A DNA stretch of 59,845 bases from Candidatus Acidiferrales bacterium (GCA_035566535.1 DATMRA010000256.1:1-59845), one strand, 5' to 3'; positions 1 through 10,082 are shown, counted from the first letter of the stretch. Translations and numbers: made by a program. The notes: generated by a model from the sequence alone, not told the origin.

Positions 1-357
1 CTGGGGAACCCGGCCCCGCCCAGCGGCGGTCGCAGGGCAGTGGCGAGCCTCGACTTTTGCGGCCGCGGCGACGCCACGATTCCTCCAGGCACGACACGCT
101 TCATGACCGCCAACAACTGGGAGCTCGGCATCGCAGACAGCTGCCCCCAAGGCAGCTCCGGTCAGGGCGGCATGAACACGGTCCTGACCGTGAACGAGCT
201 GCTCACCGACGGCAGCCAGGGGCCGGACAGCGCGACAGAGCCGGGTGACTGGGTCGACAGCGGCGATGTGTTGATGGGCTCCGGCGGCAACTACCAGCTG
301 CAGGTCAGCACCGTCTCACCCGACTGTGTCTGGCACATCGCGATCTATCCGGCCTGA
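1..357 (+). CDS. hypothetical protein, C-terminal fragment (frame open to left window edge)
   Basis: Frame 1 is open from base 1 to TGA 355-357 (track ORF 40..357). Gly/Ser/Asp-rich with 3 Cys. No motif recognised. Confidence 0.4.
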   Translation: MGNPAPPSGGRRAVASLDFCGRGDATIPPGTTRFMTANNWELGIADSCPQGSSGQGGMNTVLTVNELLTDGSQGPDSATEPGDWVDSGDVLMGSGGNYQLQVSTVSPDCVWHIAIYPA

Positions 358-1303
358 GCCGGTGGCAGGCGCTCAGTCGCCGCACGAAATCCAGTGGTTC
401 AAGGTGCCCACACCTGACGGTCGCGCGCTCGAGGTGATGACTGCCGGAGACGAGGGTGCGTTTCCGCTTGTCTTCCACCACGGCACGCCGAGCGCGGCCA
501 CGCCGTTCGCCCTTACCGCAGACGCCGCCGCACGCAACGGGCTGCGATTGATCGAGTTCTCACGGGCCGGCTACGCGGGATCCAGCCCCAGGCCAGGCCG
601 CAGGGTCGCTGATGTGGTGGCCGATGTCGCGACGATCCTCGACGCGCTCGGCATGGATCGGTTCGTCGCAGCCGGGTTCTCGGGCGGCGGCCCTCATGCC
701 CTCGCCTGCGCGGCGCTGCTCCCTGAACGCTGCGCGGCGGTCGCGACCATCGGCGGAGTCGCGCCATACGCCGCGGACGGCCTCGACTTCCTCGCCGGTA
801 TGGGCCCGGAGAACGTCGAGGAGTTCGAGCGTACCCTCGCCGGCGAAGCCGAGCTGGTGCCCTACTTGCTCGGGGTGGCGGCACAACTTGCGACCGTGGA
901 ACCTGACCAAGTCGTCGCGTCGCTGGGCGGATTGGTCGGGGAGGTCGACAAGGCCGCGCTTACGGGTGACTACGCGGAATGGGCGGCCGAGAGCTTCCGG
1001 CGTTCGGTCTCCACCGGGATCGCCGGGTGGCGCGACGATGACTTTGCATTCGCGACCGATTGGGGCTTCGACCTGTCGTCCATCACCCGTCCCGTCGCCA
1101 TCTGGCAAGGCGGGGAGGATCGAATGGTGCCGTTCGCGCACGGTGAGTGGTTGGTCCGCCATATCCCAACGGCGACGCCCCACCTGCACCCCGCAGAAGG
1201 GCATCTGTCGCTGGCCGTTACCAAGCTGGACCAGGTGCTCGAAGACCTCGTCGGCAGCGCCGGCGACGCGTTCGGGAGCGGTGACCAGACCGGTCCCGTA
1301 TAG
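326..1303 (+). CDS. alpha/beta-fold hydrolase
   Basis: HHGTPS oxyanion-type segment and GFSGGG nucleophile elbow (G-x-S-x-G), with a late His (EGHLS). GTG starts at 326 or 362 are both possible. Confidence 0.8.
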   Translation: MSGTSRSIRPEPVAGAQSPHEIQWFKVPTPDGRALEVMTAGDEGAFPLVFHHGTPSAATPFALTADAAARNGLRLIEFSRAGYAGSSPRPGRRVADVVADVATILDALGMDRFVAAGFSGGGPHALACAALLPERCAAVATIGGVAPYAADGLDFLAGMGPENVEEFERTLAGEAELVPYLLGVAAQLATVEPDQVVASLGGLVGEVDKAALTGDYAEWAAESFRRSVSTGIAGWRDDDFAFATDWGFDLSSITRPVAIWQGGEDRMVPFAHGEWLVRHIPTATPHLHPAEGHLSLAVTKLDQVLEDLVGSAGDAFGSGDQTGPV

Positions 1304-1344
1304 TCGCCCACACCGCATCACGAGACCGGACAGGAGATGAGCAG

Positions 1345-2118
1345 ATGACACCGGACGAGGTCAGGCAATCCATCACCGGATGGTCTTCGGGCGACGACAA
1401 CCTGGAGTACACAGGCGAGCAGAGTGAACCGGGCGCGGACTTTGTCCTCGGCGTTCGCTCAGTCGGTGATCGCGGGGGGCCCGTCGACCTTCAGGTGCTG
1501 CACCAGGGCGGCGACCGCATCACGGTCCGCCACGTCGCTGCCATCGCCACAGGCTCCGCGGACTCTGCCCAGAAGGTCCTCGACCAGCGTCCGGGGTGGG
1601 TCACAGGAAGCATCGGCCGTTCCGAGACCGGCACCTCGGCGACGGTCCAGACGCACGTGTACCTCGACGGTCTCAACAAGCACACCTATGTGCAGGCGGC
1701 AGCGGAGGTGGCCCGCGCCGCGCGCCTCATCGGCGGCGTCACCACCGCGGCTGCCGCGCAGGCAACGCCTGCGGCCGCCACGCAGTCCTATTACGCGCCG
1801 CAGCCACAGCAGATGCCGGCAGCACAGCCGGTTGGCGCACCGACCTTCGCCCCCCAAGCGCAGCAGGCCTACACCCCCAGCCCGGCGCCCCAACCCCAAC
1901 CCCAACCCGCCCAGGGGCAGTGGGTGCCGACGCATTCCGTACCCCAGCAAGGGATGCGCGCATGGGCGGCGCCGGACCCCGCCGGACCGGTGGTTGCCAA
2001 CCTTGCACCGGGGCTTCCGATCCAGGTTGCGGAAGTGCGCGGCGCGTGGGCCCGGGTGGTCTGCAGCAACGGATGGGTCGGCTGGATAGACGGCAGGCTC
2101 ATCGGCGTCGCCGCCTGA
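1345..2118 (+). CDS. SH3b-like domain protein with P/Q/A-rich linker
   Basis: AGGAG lies upstream of the ATG. The C-terminal ~60 aa (GMRAWAAPD...NGWVGWIDGRLI) looks like a bacterial SH3 domain. The linker contains (CCCCAA)x3. Confidence 0.6.
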   Translation: MTPDEVRQSITGWSSGDDNLEYTGEQSEPGADFVLGVRSVGDRGGPVDLQVLHQGGDRITVRHVAAIATGSADSAQKVLDQRPGWVTGSIGRSETGTSATVQTHVYLDGLNKHTYVQAAAEVARAARLIGGVTTAAAAQATPAAATQSYYAPQPQQMPAAQPVGAPTFAPQAQQAYTPSPAPQPQPQPAQGQWVPTHSVPQQGMRAWAAPDPAGPVVANLAPGLPIQVAEVRGAWARVVCSNGWVGWIDGRLIGVAA

Positions 2119-2141
2119 CGCCGTCGTTCACGGGTTCGCGA

Positions 2142-2927
2142 GTGGTGGAGCTGGCCGACGTCGTCTATGACGTCAGCGACTCCGTCGCGACCATAACCCT
2201 CAACCGGCCGGAGCAGCGCAACGCCGTTGGTCCGCAGATGTTGCGCGACCTCCTGACGGCGTTCGCCGCGGCAAAGAGCGACGACGCGGTGCGTGCGGTG
2301 CTCCTCACCGGCGCAGGCGACAAAGCGTTCAGCGCGGGGGCCGACCTCGCCGGCTTCGCCGCCGACGCCACGGAGGTTGCGCGTCATCGCGAGCGCGGAC
2401 TCTTCGTCGACCTCTTCCTCGATATGCAACGCCTCGGCAAACCGATCGTGGGCTGCGTCAACGGTCACGCGCTCGCCGGTGGCTTCGGCCTGGCGCTCTC
2501 GTGCGACCTGCTGGTCGCCGCCGATAGCGCGATGTTCGGCACGCCCGAGATACGCGTGGGCGTGTGGCCGATGATGATCATGTCGATCGTGGTGAGGAAC
2601 ATCGGGCGCAAGCGCGCGATGCAGCTGTTCCTCACCGGGGAGCGGATCGACGCCACGACTGCGTTGCAGTGGGGGTTGGTCAACCGCGTCGTCCCCGCCG
2701 CCGAGGTGCGCGAGACTGCGTTCGCCTGGGCGAAAGAGCTGACCCGCTGGAGTCCGCTTGTCATGCGGCTGGGTCGCGACGCCTTTTACGACATCGACGG
2801 TCTCGACGTCGAGGCGGCGCTGCGCCACCTGCAGTCCGAGCTCACCATCGTCAGCCTGAGCGAGGACTTCCGTGAAGGCGTCAGGGCGTTTCTCGAAAAG
2901 CGTGATCCTGATTTCAAGGGCCGCTGA
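2142..2927 (+). CDS. enoyl-CoA hydratase/isomerase (crotonase family)
   Basis: In-frame GTG at 2142 inside track ORF 1596..2927. ITLNRPEQRNA, GAGDKAFSAGADL and GHALAGGFGLAL crotonase segments are present. Confidence 0.85.
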   Translation: MVELADVVYDVSDSVATITLNRPEQRNAVGPQMLRDLLTAFAAAKSDDAVRAVLLTGAGDKAFSAGADLAGFAADATEVARHRERGLFVDLFLDMQRLGKPIVGCVNGHALAGGFGLALSCDLLVAADSAMFGTPEIRVGVWPMMIMSIVVRNIGRKRAMQLFLTGERIDATTALQWGLVNRVVPAAEVRETAFAWAKELTRWSPLVMRLGRDAFYDIDGLDVEAALRHLQSELTIVSLSEDFREGVRAFLEKRDPDFKGR

Positions 2928-2938
2928 GGCGCGCCGCG

Positions 2939-4513
2939 TTGGCTGACGAGACCGGGCCGGCCGGGCTCGACGAGCTGACCGCGGACCTGCGCGAGCGCCG
3001 CGAGCGTGCTCTCGCGATGGGCGGCGAAGAGCGCGTCGCGCAGCAGCATGGGAAGAACAAGCTCACCGCACGAGAGCGTCTGGAGTTGCTCTACGACGCT
3101 GGGACCTTCGTCGAGTTCGGCCTGCTCGCTCACCAGCACTCGATGACCGGCGGCGCCACCGAACCGGATCGCACCCCGGCCGACGGCGTCGTGACCGGTG
3201 AAGGGCTCATCGATGGCAGGCGCGTGTACTGCGCCGCGTATGACTTCACGGTCATGGCGGGGTCCATGGGCTTGGTCGGCGAACAGAAGGTGGCGCGGCT
3301 GCGAAAGCGCGCCCTGCTCAACCGCCTGCCGATGGTATGGCTGCTCGATTCGGCGGGAGCGCGCATTCAGGAGGCCGCCGGGAGCACGTTCGCCGGCAGC
3401 GGGGCGTTGTTCTACGAACAGGTGCAGATGAGCGGCGTGGTGCCGCAGATCGCGGCGATGCTCGGACCCTGCGCGGCGGGGACCGCGTACATCCCGGGCC
3501 TCGCGGACTTCGTCCCCATGGTGAAGGACACCAGCAGCATGGCGCTGGGAGGTGCGCGCCTGGTCAAGGCCGCGACCGGTGAGGAGACGACGGACCACGA
3601 CATGGGTGGCAGCCAGGTGCACTGCTACATCAGTGGAGTCGGCGACCTCGAGGTCGAGGACGACCGCGCCTGTATCGAATCGGTGCGAGAGTTCCTGTCC
3701 TTCCTGCCCTCGAACAACCGCGAGGCTCCACCGGTGCGCGAGAGCGAGGACCCGCACGACCGGCGCGTCGATGACGTGGCCAAGCTCGTGCCCACCAATC
3801 CGCGTGCGGCCTACGACGTGCGCAAGGTGATCCGCAAACTGGTCGATGATGGGCGCGTCTTCGAGATCAAGCCAACATTCGCCCGCAACATCGTCACCGC
3901 ACTCGCGCGCTTCGGGGGACGCAGCACGGGGATCATCGCAAGCCAGCCGATGATGAAAGGGGGCGCACTCGACATTGATGCGGCGGACAAGGCCGCGCGC
4001 TTCATCACGCTGTGCGACGCTTTCAACGTCCCCCTTGTGTTCCTCCAGGATGTGCCCGGCTTCATCGTCGGCACCGAGGTGGAGAAGCAGGGGATCATCC
4101 GCCACGGCGCGAAGATGCTCTACGCCGTCAGTGAGGCAACCGTGCCCAAGGTGACCGTCATCCTGCGCAAGGCGTACGGCGCCGGGTACTACGTCATGTG
4201 CGGGCGAGGGTACGAACCGGACCGCCTGCTGGCGTGGCCCAGCGCTGAGATTTCCGTCATGGGCCCGGACGGCGCGGTGGACATTCTCTTCCCAAAGCAG
4301 ATCGCCGCTGCCGACGACCCGGTTGCGGCGCGGGCGCAGTACATCGCCGCAGTACGCGAGACCATCGATCCGTACATCGCGGCATCCTGGGCGATGGTCG
4401 ATGACATCATCGATCCGGCGGACACGCGCCGTGCGATCATCGACGCGCTCGAGGGCGCGGCGACCAAGCGGCTGCATCGGCCGTGGCGCAAGCATGGCGT
4501 GCCGCCCGTCTGA
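2939..4513 (+). CDS. acyl-CoA carboxylase carboxyltransferase (beta) subunit
   Basis: TTG start. Full two-lobed carboxyl-transferase layout (GKLTARERLELLYD, MAGSMG, C-terminal CT lobe) as in PccB/AccD/MccB. Confidence 0.9.
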   Translation: MADETGPAGLDELTADLRERRERALAMGGEERVAQQHGKNKLTARERLELLYDAGTFVEFGLLAHQHSMTGGATEPDRTPADGVVTGEGLIDGRRVYCAAYDFTVMAGSMGLVGEQKVARLRKRALLNRLPMVWLLDSAGARIQEAAGSTFAGSGALFYEQVQMSGVVPQIAAMLGPCAAGTAYIPGLADFVPMVKDTSSMALGGARLVKAATGEETTDHDMGGSQVHCYISGVGDLEVEDDRACIESVREFLSFLPSNNREAPPVRESEDPHDRRVDDVAKLVPTNPRAAYDVRKVIRKLVDDGRVFEIKPTFARNIVTALARFGGRSTGIIASQPMMKGGALDIDAADKAARFITLCDAFNVPLVFLQDVPGFIVGTEVEKQGIIRHGAKMLYAVSEATVPKVTVILRKAYGAGYYVMCGRGYEPDRLLAWPSAEISVMGPDGAVDILFPKQIAAADDPVAARAQYIAAVRETIDPYIAASWAMVDDIIDPADTRRAIIDALEGAATKRLHRPWRKHGVPPV

Positions 4514-4551
4514 CATGCGAATTGTGACCGCACACTTTGGAGTGAACCAGC

Positions 4552-4764
4552 GTGGCTGAGGTGAAGGCAGAGCTCGTGGGCAATCTCTGGAAGATCGTCG
4601 TCGAGGTCGGTCAGCATGTCGAGGAGGACGACACGCTGATGATCCTCGAGTCGATGAAGATGGAGATCCCGGTCATGTCCCCGATCACAGGCACGGTGAA
4701 GGAGATCCGCGCAAAGGAAGGCGACGTCGTGCAGGAGGGTCAGACGCTCGCCATCGTCGAGTAG
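4552..4764 (+). CDS. stand-alone biotin carboxyl carrier (biotinyl domain, 70 aa)
   Basis: E-S-M-K-M biotinylation motif. Size and sequence resemble the mycobacterial TB7.3-type mini-BCCP. Confidence 0.85.
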   Translation: MAEVKAELVGNLWKIVVEVGQHVEEDDTLMILESMKMEIPVMSPITGTVKEIRAKEGDVVQEGQTLAIVE

Positions 4765-4783
4765 ACGCGCAGTCGCGCGTACG

Positions 4784-5560
4784 ATGGGAGTGGTGGCCAG
4801 CGTCCCTCCCGACACGATCCGGATTCACACGGCGGAGAACGTCTCGCTGGGCTACGCAACGGCCGGTGTCGGCAGCCGCTTGGTGGCGCAGGTCGTCGAC
4901 AACATCATCGCCTACATCCTGTTCTTCATCGCCCTCATCGGCGGGCTCGCGGTGGCCAACACGGCCAGCAGCACGCAGGGAGCAGCATTCGGGGTGGGCG
5001 CGGCGATCGCATTCGCGACGCTGGTCTACGCCGCGTATTTCTTCGTCTCCGAGCTGGTTACAGGAGGACGCACCCTGGGGAAGAGCGTCATGGGATTGCG
5101 CGTGCTCCGCGTCAACGGCGCGGCGCCGGACTTTGCAGCAATCGCGGTGCGCAACATCGTTCGCGTCATCGACGCGACCGGGATCGGTCTGATCGTGATG
5201 TTCTTTCATCCCCTGTCGCGACGCCTCGGCGACCTCGCCGCCGGAACAGTCGTGGTGCGTGAGCGCCCGACATTGCGCCTGGCCGCTGTGTCCGCGCCGC
5301 CACCGCTGATCGTCCGCACCCCGGACGCGGGGCCACCCATAGACGGCATCGAACGACTCAGCTCAGCGGAGCACAACGCGTTGCGCGTCTTTCTGTCGCG
5401 TCCGGGTCTTGCCCCCGAACAACGTCACCGGCTCGCCGCCGAGCTCGGGTCACGCATGTGCGATCGACTTCAACTTCCGCCCGGCGCACCCGAGAGAATG
5501 TGGCCGCCGGAGCTGCTGCTGGAGCGCCTCTATCTGCAACTCGACCAGCGGCTTCGATGA
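4784..5560 (+). CDS. RDD family membrane protein
   Basis: Three predicted TM helices, a GRTLGKSVMGLRV segment and a C-terminal soluble extension. Stop overlaps the next start (ATGA). Confidence 0.7.
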   Translation: MGVVASVPPDTIRIHTAENVSLGYATAGVGSRLVAQVVDNIIAYILFFIALIGGLAVANTASSTQGAAFGVGAAIAFATLVYAAYFFVSELVTGGRTLGKSVMGLRVLRVNGAAPDFAAIAVRNIVRVIDATGIGLIVMFFHPLSRRLGDLAAGTVVVRERPTLRLAAVSAPPPLIVRTPDAGPPIDGIERLSSAEHNALRVFLSRPGLAPEQRHRLAAELGSRMCDRLQLPPGAPERMWPPELLLERLYLQLDQRLR

Positions 5561-6549
5561 GCCTCGATACCTTCATCGCCGAACGCCAGCCACGCTGGAC
5601 CGAGCTCGAGGCTGCGGTGAAACGCGCGCGCCGGGGCAAGCTCCGCGCGCTGTCCGCCGACGAGCTCGAGCGCTTCGGCCAGCTGCAGCGCCACGTGTCC
5701 AGCGACCTCGCGATCGCCCGGCGCGACTATCCCGATGCAGCGGTCACCGAGTATCTCAATGCGCTCTCGGCGCGGGCTCACCCGCTGCTGTATCGCGGCA
5801 CACCGATGCGCCTCGCCGCCGTGCCGCACTTCTACGCGACCGGGCTGCCGCGCGCCTTTCGTGCCGCGTGGCCGTACATCGTCGCCAGCCTCGCCCTGCT
5901 TGTACTCGGTTTCCTGGCGGGCTGGCTCGCGGTGGATCTGCGGCCCGATCTCCGCTCATCGCTCGTGCCAGCGTCGCTGTTCGACCAGATGGCGCGCGGA
6001 CGTATCCAGGGCAACGTCCCCGATGCCCCCATCGCCGCGTCGTTCATCATCCAGAACAACATCCGTGTTGCGCTGATCTGCTTCGCCGGCGGTGTGCTCA
6101 TCGGGTTGCCGACCGCGTTCGTGTTGCTGAGCAATGGATGGATGCTGGGCACCATTGCCGCCGCGGTGCATCTCGGCGGATACGACCTGCAGTTCTGGTC
6201 GCTGATCGTGCCCCACGGGGTCATCGAACTCAGCATCATCGTCATCGCAGGTGGCACGGGATTGATGCTGGGTGATGCGATCCTTCGCCCCGGACCACTT
6301 CGCCGCGGAGATGCACTGGCTGTGGCCGCGAGGCGAGTTGTCAGCCTGGCGATCGGCGCAGCCACATTGCTGATCGTGGCCGGCATACTCGAAGCGTTCG
6401 TCTCGCCCAGTGGGCTGCCGGAGGCGGCCAAGCTTGCCATCGGTGCAAGCGCCGGCACGCTCCTGTATTCCTGGCTGATCCTCGGCGGAAGAGAACGGCG
6501 ACGCGTGAAGCGCGTCAATCTGGACCGTCTTCGCCGGGCGTCCGCGTAG
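5557..6549 (+). CDS. SpoIIM/DUF95-like integral membrane protein
   Basis: ATG 5557 lies inside track ORF 5458..6549. Helical soluble N-domain followed by ~6 TM helices. This family commonly follows RDD genes in actinobacterial MoxR loci. Confidence 0.7.
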   Translation: MSLDTFIAERQPRWTELEAAVKRARRGKLRALSADELERFGQLQRHVSSDLAIARRDYPDAAVTEYLNALSARAHPLLYRGTPMRLAAVPHFYATGLPRAFRAAWPYIVASLALLVLGFLAGWLAVDLRPDLRSSLVPASLFDQMARGRIQGNVPDAPIAASFIIQNNIRVALICFAGGVLIGLPTAFVLLSNGWMLGTIAAAVHLGGYDLQFWSLIVPHGVIELSIIVIAGGTGLMLGDAILRPGPLRRGDALAVAARRVVSLAIGAATLLIVAGILEAFVSPSGLPEAAKLAIGASAGTLLYSWLILGGRERRRVKRVNLDRLRRASA

Positions 6550-6559
6550 ACTCGACCGT

Positions 6560-7435
6560 ATGGAGGTCGTACGCATCACGCCACGCGGCTACTGCCACGG
6601 CGTGGTTGAGGCCATCCGTATCGCCAAACGTGTGGGTGCGGAGCGCGGCGGCAGCGAGCCCGTGACCATGCTTGGATACCTGGTTCACAACGAGCACGTG
6701 ACACGCGAGCTGCAGGAGAGCGGCGTTGCACTGGTCGAGGAATCCGACCGAATGAAAGGCCTCGACCAGGTGCGCGAGGGAACGGTCATCTTCACCGCGC
6801 ACGGCATCTCTCCCAAGGTGGTCGAGGCGGCTCAGGCACGCGGACTGAACGTCGTCGATGCCACGTGCAGCGACGTCACGCGCACGCACGACATCGTGCG
6901 CAACCTCGTCGAGCAGGGCTACCACGTGGTCTACATCGGGAAGCGTGGTCACCCGGAACCTGCGGGGGTGCTCGGCATCGCACCCGAGCACACGACTCTC
7001 ATCGAGACCATCGATGACGCAGACGCGATCGAGCTCCCACCCGGCACCCGGCTCGCCGTCACCTGCCAGACCACGCTCAGCGTGTGGGACACGCAAGCGA
7101 TCATCGAGCGTCTCGTGCAGCGCTTTCCTGACATCGAGGTCCACAACGAGATCTGCCTGGCCACGCAGGAGCGACAGGAAGCAGCCGTGCTCGCTGCAAA
7201 GGATGTGGACTGCGTGGTCGTGGTGGGCAGCCGGCGCAGCAGCAACAGCCTGCGGCTCGTGCAGGTCGTGCAGGAGAAAGGAAGCAAGCCGGCGTACCTC
7301 GTGGACACTGCGGACGAGGTCGACCCAGCGTGGTTTCGGGGAATGAGCCGAATCGGTGTCACGGCGGGCGCATCGACGCCCACGCAGCTCACGCGGCAGG
7401 TCATCGCGGCCATTGAGGCGATGGACCAGAACTGA
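6560..7435 (+). CDS. ispH: 4-hydroxy-3-methylbut-2-enyl diphosphate reductase
   Basis: LytB/IspH layout with three cluster Cys (GYCHG, DATCSDV, NEICLAT). Confidence 0.9.
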   Translation: MEVVRITPRGYCHGVVEAIRIAKRVGAERGGSEPVTMLGYLVHNEHVTRELQESGVALVEESDRMKGLDQVREGTVIFTAHGISPKVVEAAQARGLNVVDATCSDVTRTHDIVRNLVEQGYHVVYIGKRGHPEPAGVLGIAPEHTTLIETIDDADAIELPPGTRLAVTCQTTLSVWDTQAIIERLVQRFPDIEVHNEICLATQERQEAAVLAAKDVDCVVVVGSRRSSNSLRLVQVVQEKGSKPAYLVDTADEVDPAWFRGMSRIGVTAGASTPTQLTRQVIAAIEAMDQN

Positions 7436-7436
7436 C

Positions 7437-8051
7437 GTGACTGATCAGGCTCCGCTTGAGCCGCCACCGCATCCCGGTCATCCCAGAGCGTCCTCCCCAC
7501 CCGCGTACCCCACACCTGTTCAGCCTCCGTCATATGGCGGATACGGCTGGGCTGCACCGCCGCCAGGACCGGCGCCCGGCCTCAAGTACGCGGGGTTCTG
7601 GGTTCGATTTGCTGCCTACCTCATCGACGGCCTCATCGTGTTCATTCCACTGGGCATCATCATCGGGATCGCGATCGCGCCGACACTGCCAGGAATCAGC
7701 TGCACGTCCGTCAGCAACGACGGCTTTCAGAGTGCGACGTGCACCGGTTTCGGCAGGCTGTTTGCTGCGCTGGGCATCTGGTCGCTCGTGGCGTTCATCG
7801 TTCCGGCTGTCTACGCTGTCGTCTTGTGGAGCTGGCAGGGCCAGACGCTGGGGCAGAAGCTGCTCGGGTTGCACGTCGTTGACACGCGCACCGGGACGAC
7901 AATCTCGATTGGCCGGGCGGTGATTCGCTACATCGGATTCATCGTCAGCGCATGGGTGCTGTACATCGGTCTCATCTGGGCGGCCTTCGACGCGCAGAAG
8001 CAAGGCTGGCACGACAAGATGGCCTCGACGTTCGTCGTGCAGAGGATCTGA
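7437..8051 (+). CDS. RDD family membrane protein with Pro/Tyr-rich N-terminal tail
   Basis: In-frame GTG 7437 just after the ispH stop. WVRFAAYLIDGLI, QTLGQKLLGLHVV and GWHDKMASTFVV form an RDD core. Confidence 0.75.
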   Translation: MTDQAPLEPPPHPGHPRASSPPAYPTPVQPPSYGGYGWAAPPPGPAPGLKYAGFWVRFAAYLIDGLIVFIPLGIIIGIAIAPTLPGISCTSVSNDGFQSATCTGFGRLFAALGIWSLVAFIVPAVYAVVLWSWQGQTLGQKLLGLHVVDTRTGTTISIGRAVIRYIGFIVSAWVLYIGLIWAAFDAQKQGWHDKMASTFVVQRI

Positions 8052-8141
8052 GCCGCACGGTCTCCGTGTGGCACGAGCCTCCTTTTCCTCGTAGACTGCG
8101 CGCCGAGCGCGCTGCGCAGCGTGGTCAAGAGGAGAGAGACA

Positions 8142-8792
8142 GTGGCCAGCTACCCGCAACCTCCCGGCCAGCCACCGCAGCCGCCATCCGGGCCGCCGGG
8201 AGGGCCGCCGAGCGGCGGACCGCCGTCCGGCTACCCTGCGGGACCCCCCGGATATCAGCAGCCATATCCACAGCCATATCCGCAGCAACCGTACGCGGCG
8301 CAGCCCTATGGATACGCGCCCGGGGGGCGGCGACCGTTCCGCCGCAACGCGATGCTCATCCTGGCGCAGGTGCTCGTCATCATCCAGGGTACCTTCGGGG
8401 TGTTCGGCAGCGCTCTCGTCATCCTGGTGGGTATCGCGCTCAACGGTGCCTTTTCGGGGGTGGATCTCCATAACATCAACGGTCTCAACCTCGCCGGTGT
8501 CACCTCCGGATTCCTCATCGGCGCGGGCGTGGTGGGGATCGTCCTATCCATCCTCGTCATCATTGGCGGCGTGCGCGTAGGACACCCGTCCCAGGTCGCG
8601 CGCTGGCTGCTTGCTGCCTTTGAAATACTGGCGCTCCTCAGCGCTATTTCGTCTCTGACCCGACCGATCCGGGGCAGCGGCAGCGGAACGGTGACCTCGA
8701 TTGTCTTACTCGTCCTCGCAGCACTGGCGCTGTACGGGTTGATCGTCGACCCGGCGACCTACCGCGCGTTCGCCAGAAAAAACCTGCAGTAG
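8142..8792 (+). CDS. membrane protein with PPxGYP-rich N-terminal tail
   Basis: GTG 8142 is preceded by AGGAG (track ORF from 8121). About 4 TM helices. No family recognised. Confidence 0.55.
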   Translation: MASYPQPPGQPPQPPSGPPGGPPSGGPPSGYPAGPPGYQQPYPQPYPQQPYAAQPYGYAPGGRRPFRRNAMLILAQVLVIIQGTFGVFGSALVILVGIALNGAFSGVDLHNINGLNLAGVTSGFLIGAGVVGIVLSILVIIGGVRVGHPSQVARWLLAAFEILALLSAISSLTRPIRGSGSGTVTSIVLLVLAALALYGLIVDPATYRAFARKNLQ

Positions 8793-8795
8793 CAG

Positions 8796-10082
8796 TCACA
8801 AACGCGCCTGGCGCTTCAGCGCGAGATACCGGTTCACCAGTCGCGGCGACAGTGTCCGCGCGTCAGCATCGATCGTGTCAATGCCGCTGCGCCGAAGCAG
8901 CTGCAACGTGTCCTCCCGGTCGGCGATGAGGCCGGATGCCACCACGCGCGCGTACGCATCGGCGCCGCTGGCAGGGCGGCGCCGCGCCGCATCGTCGATG
9001 GCAGGGTCGCGCACGGTCACGACAAGCGGCAGGTGGCGCCTGCGAAGACGAACGCACTGGCGGAGCAGCGCACGTCCTTGCTCGGGGTCCAGCACGTCGG
9101 TGAAGACGATGACCAGCGCACGCCGCGTTTGCCAGCGGCTGAAGTACTCGAACGCAGAGTCGTAGTCCGCCTCGGTTTCCCCTGCACGCAGTGGGCGCAC
9201 CGCATCCAGGAACCGGCGCAGCTGCGCCGGCCCTGCGCGCGGCGCGAGCGCGACACTCACCGTGTCGGCAAAACCCAGCAGCCCGGCTCGGTCGCCGCTG
9301 CGCAGCGCCACATGCACAAGCAACAGCGCAGCGTTGATCGCGTGGTCGAGCTTGGCGAGATCGCCGGCGCCGACGCCCATGAGACGGCCGTGATCGAGGC
9401 AGACGATGACGGGTTGCGCGCGCTCCGGCATGAGCTCGGTGGCCATCAGGCGTCCCGTGCGCGCGGTCGCCTTCCAGTTGATCGAGCGAAGCGAATCGTC
9501 GGGCACCGCCTCGCGAACGCGTTCGAACTCGGTGCCCTCGGTGCGCAGACGGAGCGTTCGCACGCCGAGCTCGGCGAGCTGCCCTCGTCGCGCGAGCGCT
9601 TCGTACACACGGACGGCCGCGAGGTTCGCCTCCACCGGCACGGTTTCGGGGTTTCCAAGGGTCATCTGCCGCCACCCGAAACCCCACGGGCCGTGGGCTC
9701 GCACGACGGTGTGTCCGAAGGCCAGCTCCCCGCGGGACCGCGGAGTGACTGTGTATGCCAGCTCGGTTGGAATATCCGCACGCCACGCCGTGACTGAGGG
9801 TCGCGCCCGGCCGGGACACTCGTCGCGCACCAGCGCTCGCGCGCGCCGGCGTGCCTGAACGCGCAGCACGACCTGATTCGCTGCGCCGACCGACAGCATC
9901 TCGTCGTGCTCACGGTGCACGTCGATGTGACGCCGGCGCGGCGCTCTGCGGCCGTCGACGACGATGAGCACCGCGAAAGCCCCGAGCAATGCGAGGCCGA
10001 GCACATACAGGGTGTCGACCGCGGCACCCGCCGCGATGACCGGTGCGCAGACCAGGAGGAGCGCTGCTCCCCGCGTGGTCAC
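8796..10082 (-). CDS. DUF58 (vWA-like) protein, MoxR partner
   Basis: GTG start 8 nt after the MoxR stop. Two N-terminal TM helices then a DUF58-like core. Position is typical downstream of MoxR. Confidence 0.75.
   Translation of the reverse strand: MTTRGAALLLVCAPVIAAGAAVDTLYVLGLALLGAFAVLIVVDGRRAPRRRHIDVHREHDEMLSVGAANQVVLRVQARRRARALVRDECPGRARPSVTAWRADIPTELAYTVTPRSRGELAFGHTVVRAHGPWGFGWRQMTLGNPETVPVEANLAAVRVYEALARRGQLAELGVRTLRLRTEGTEFERVREAVPDDSLRSINWKATARTGRLMATELMPERAQPVIVCLDHGRLMGVGAGDLAKLDHAINAALLLVHVALRSGDRAGLLGFADTVSVALAPRAGPAQLRRFLDAVRPLRAGETEADYDSAFEYFSRWQTRRALVIVFTDVLDPEQGRALLRQCVRLRRRHLPLVVTVRDPAIDDAARRRPASGADAYARVVASGLIADREDTLQLLRRSGIDTIDADARTLSPRLVNRYLALKRQARL

Noticed and set aside
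1888-1905. Microsatellite-like (CCCCAA)x3 (also (CGG)x6 at 21858-21875)
   Set aside because: Both lie inside coding regions and encode low-complexity PQ or poly-Arg linkers. They are not independent repeat features.
1596-2141. N-terminal 182 codons of track ORF 1596..2927
   Set aside because: Overlaps the SH3-domain gene in another frame and is Arg/Gly/Pro-rich. The crotonase homology begins at GTG 2142.
2786-4516. 576-aa minus-strand ORF antisense to the carboxyltransferase gene
   Set aside because: Arg/Ala/His-rich shadow frame of a well-supported plus-strand gene with no motif. Typical high-GC artefact.
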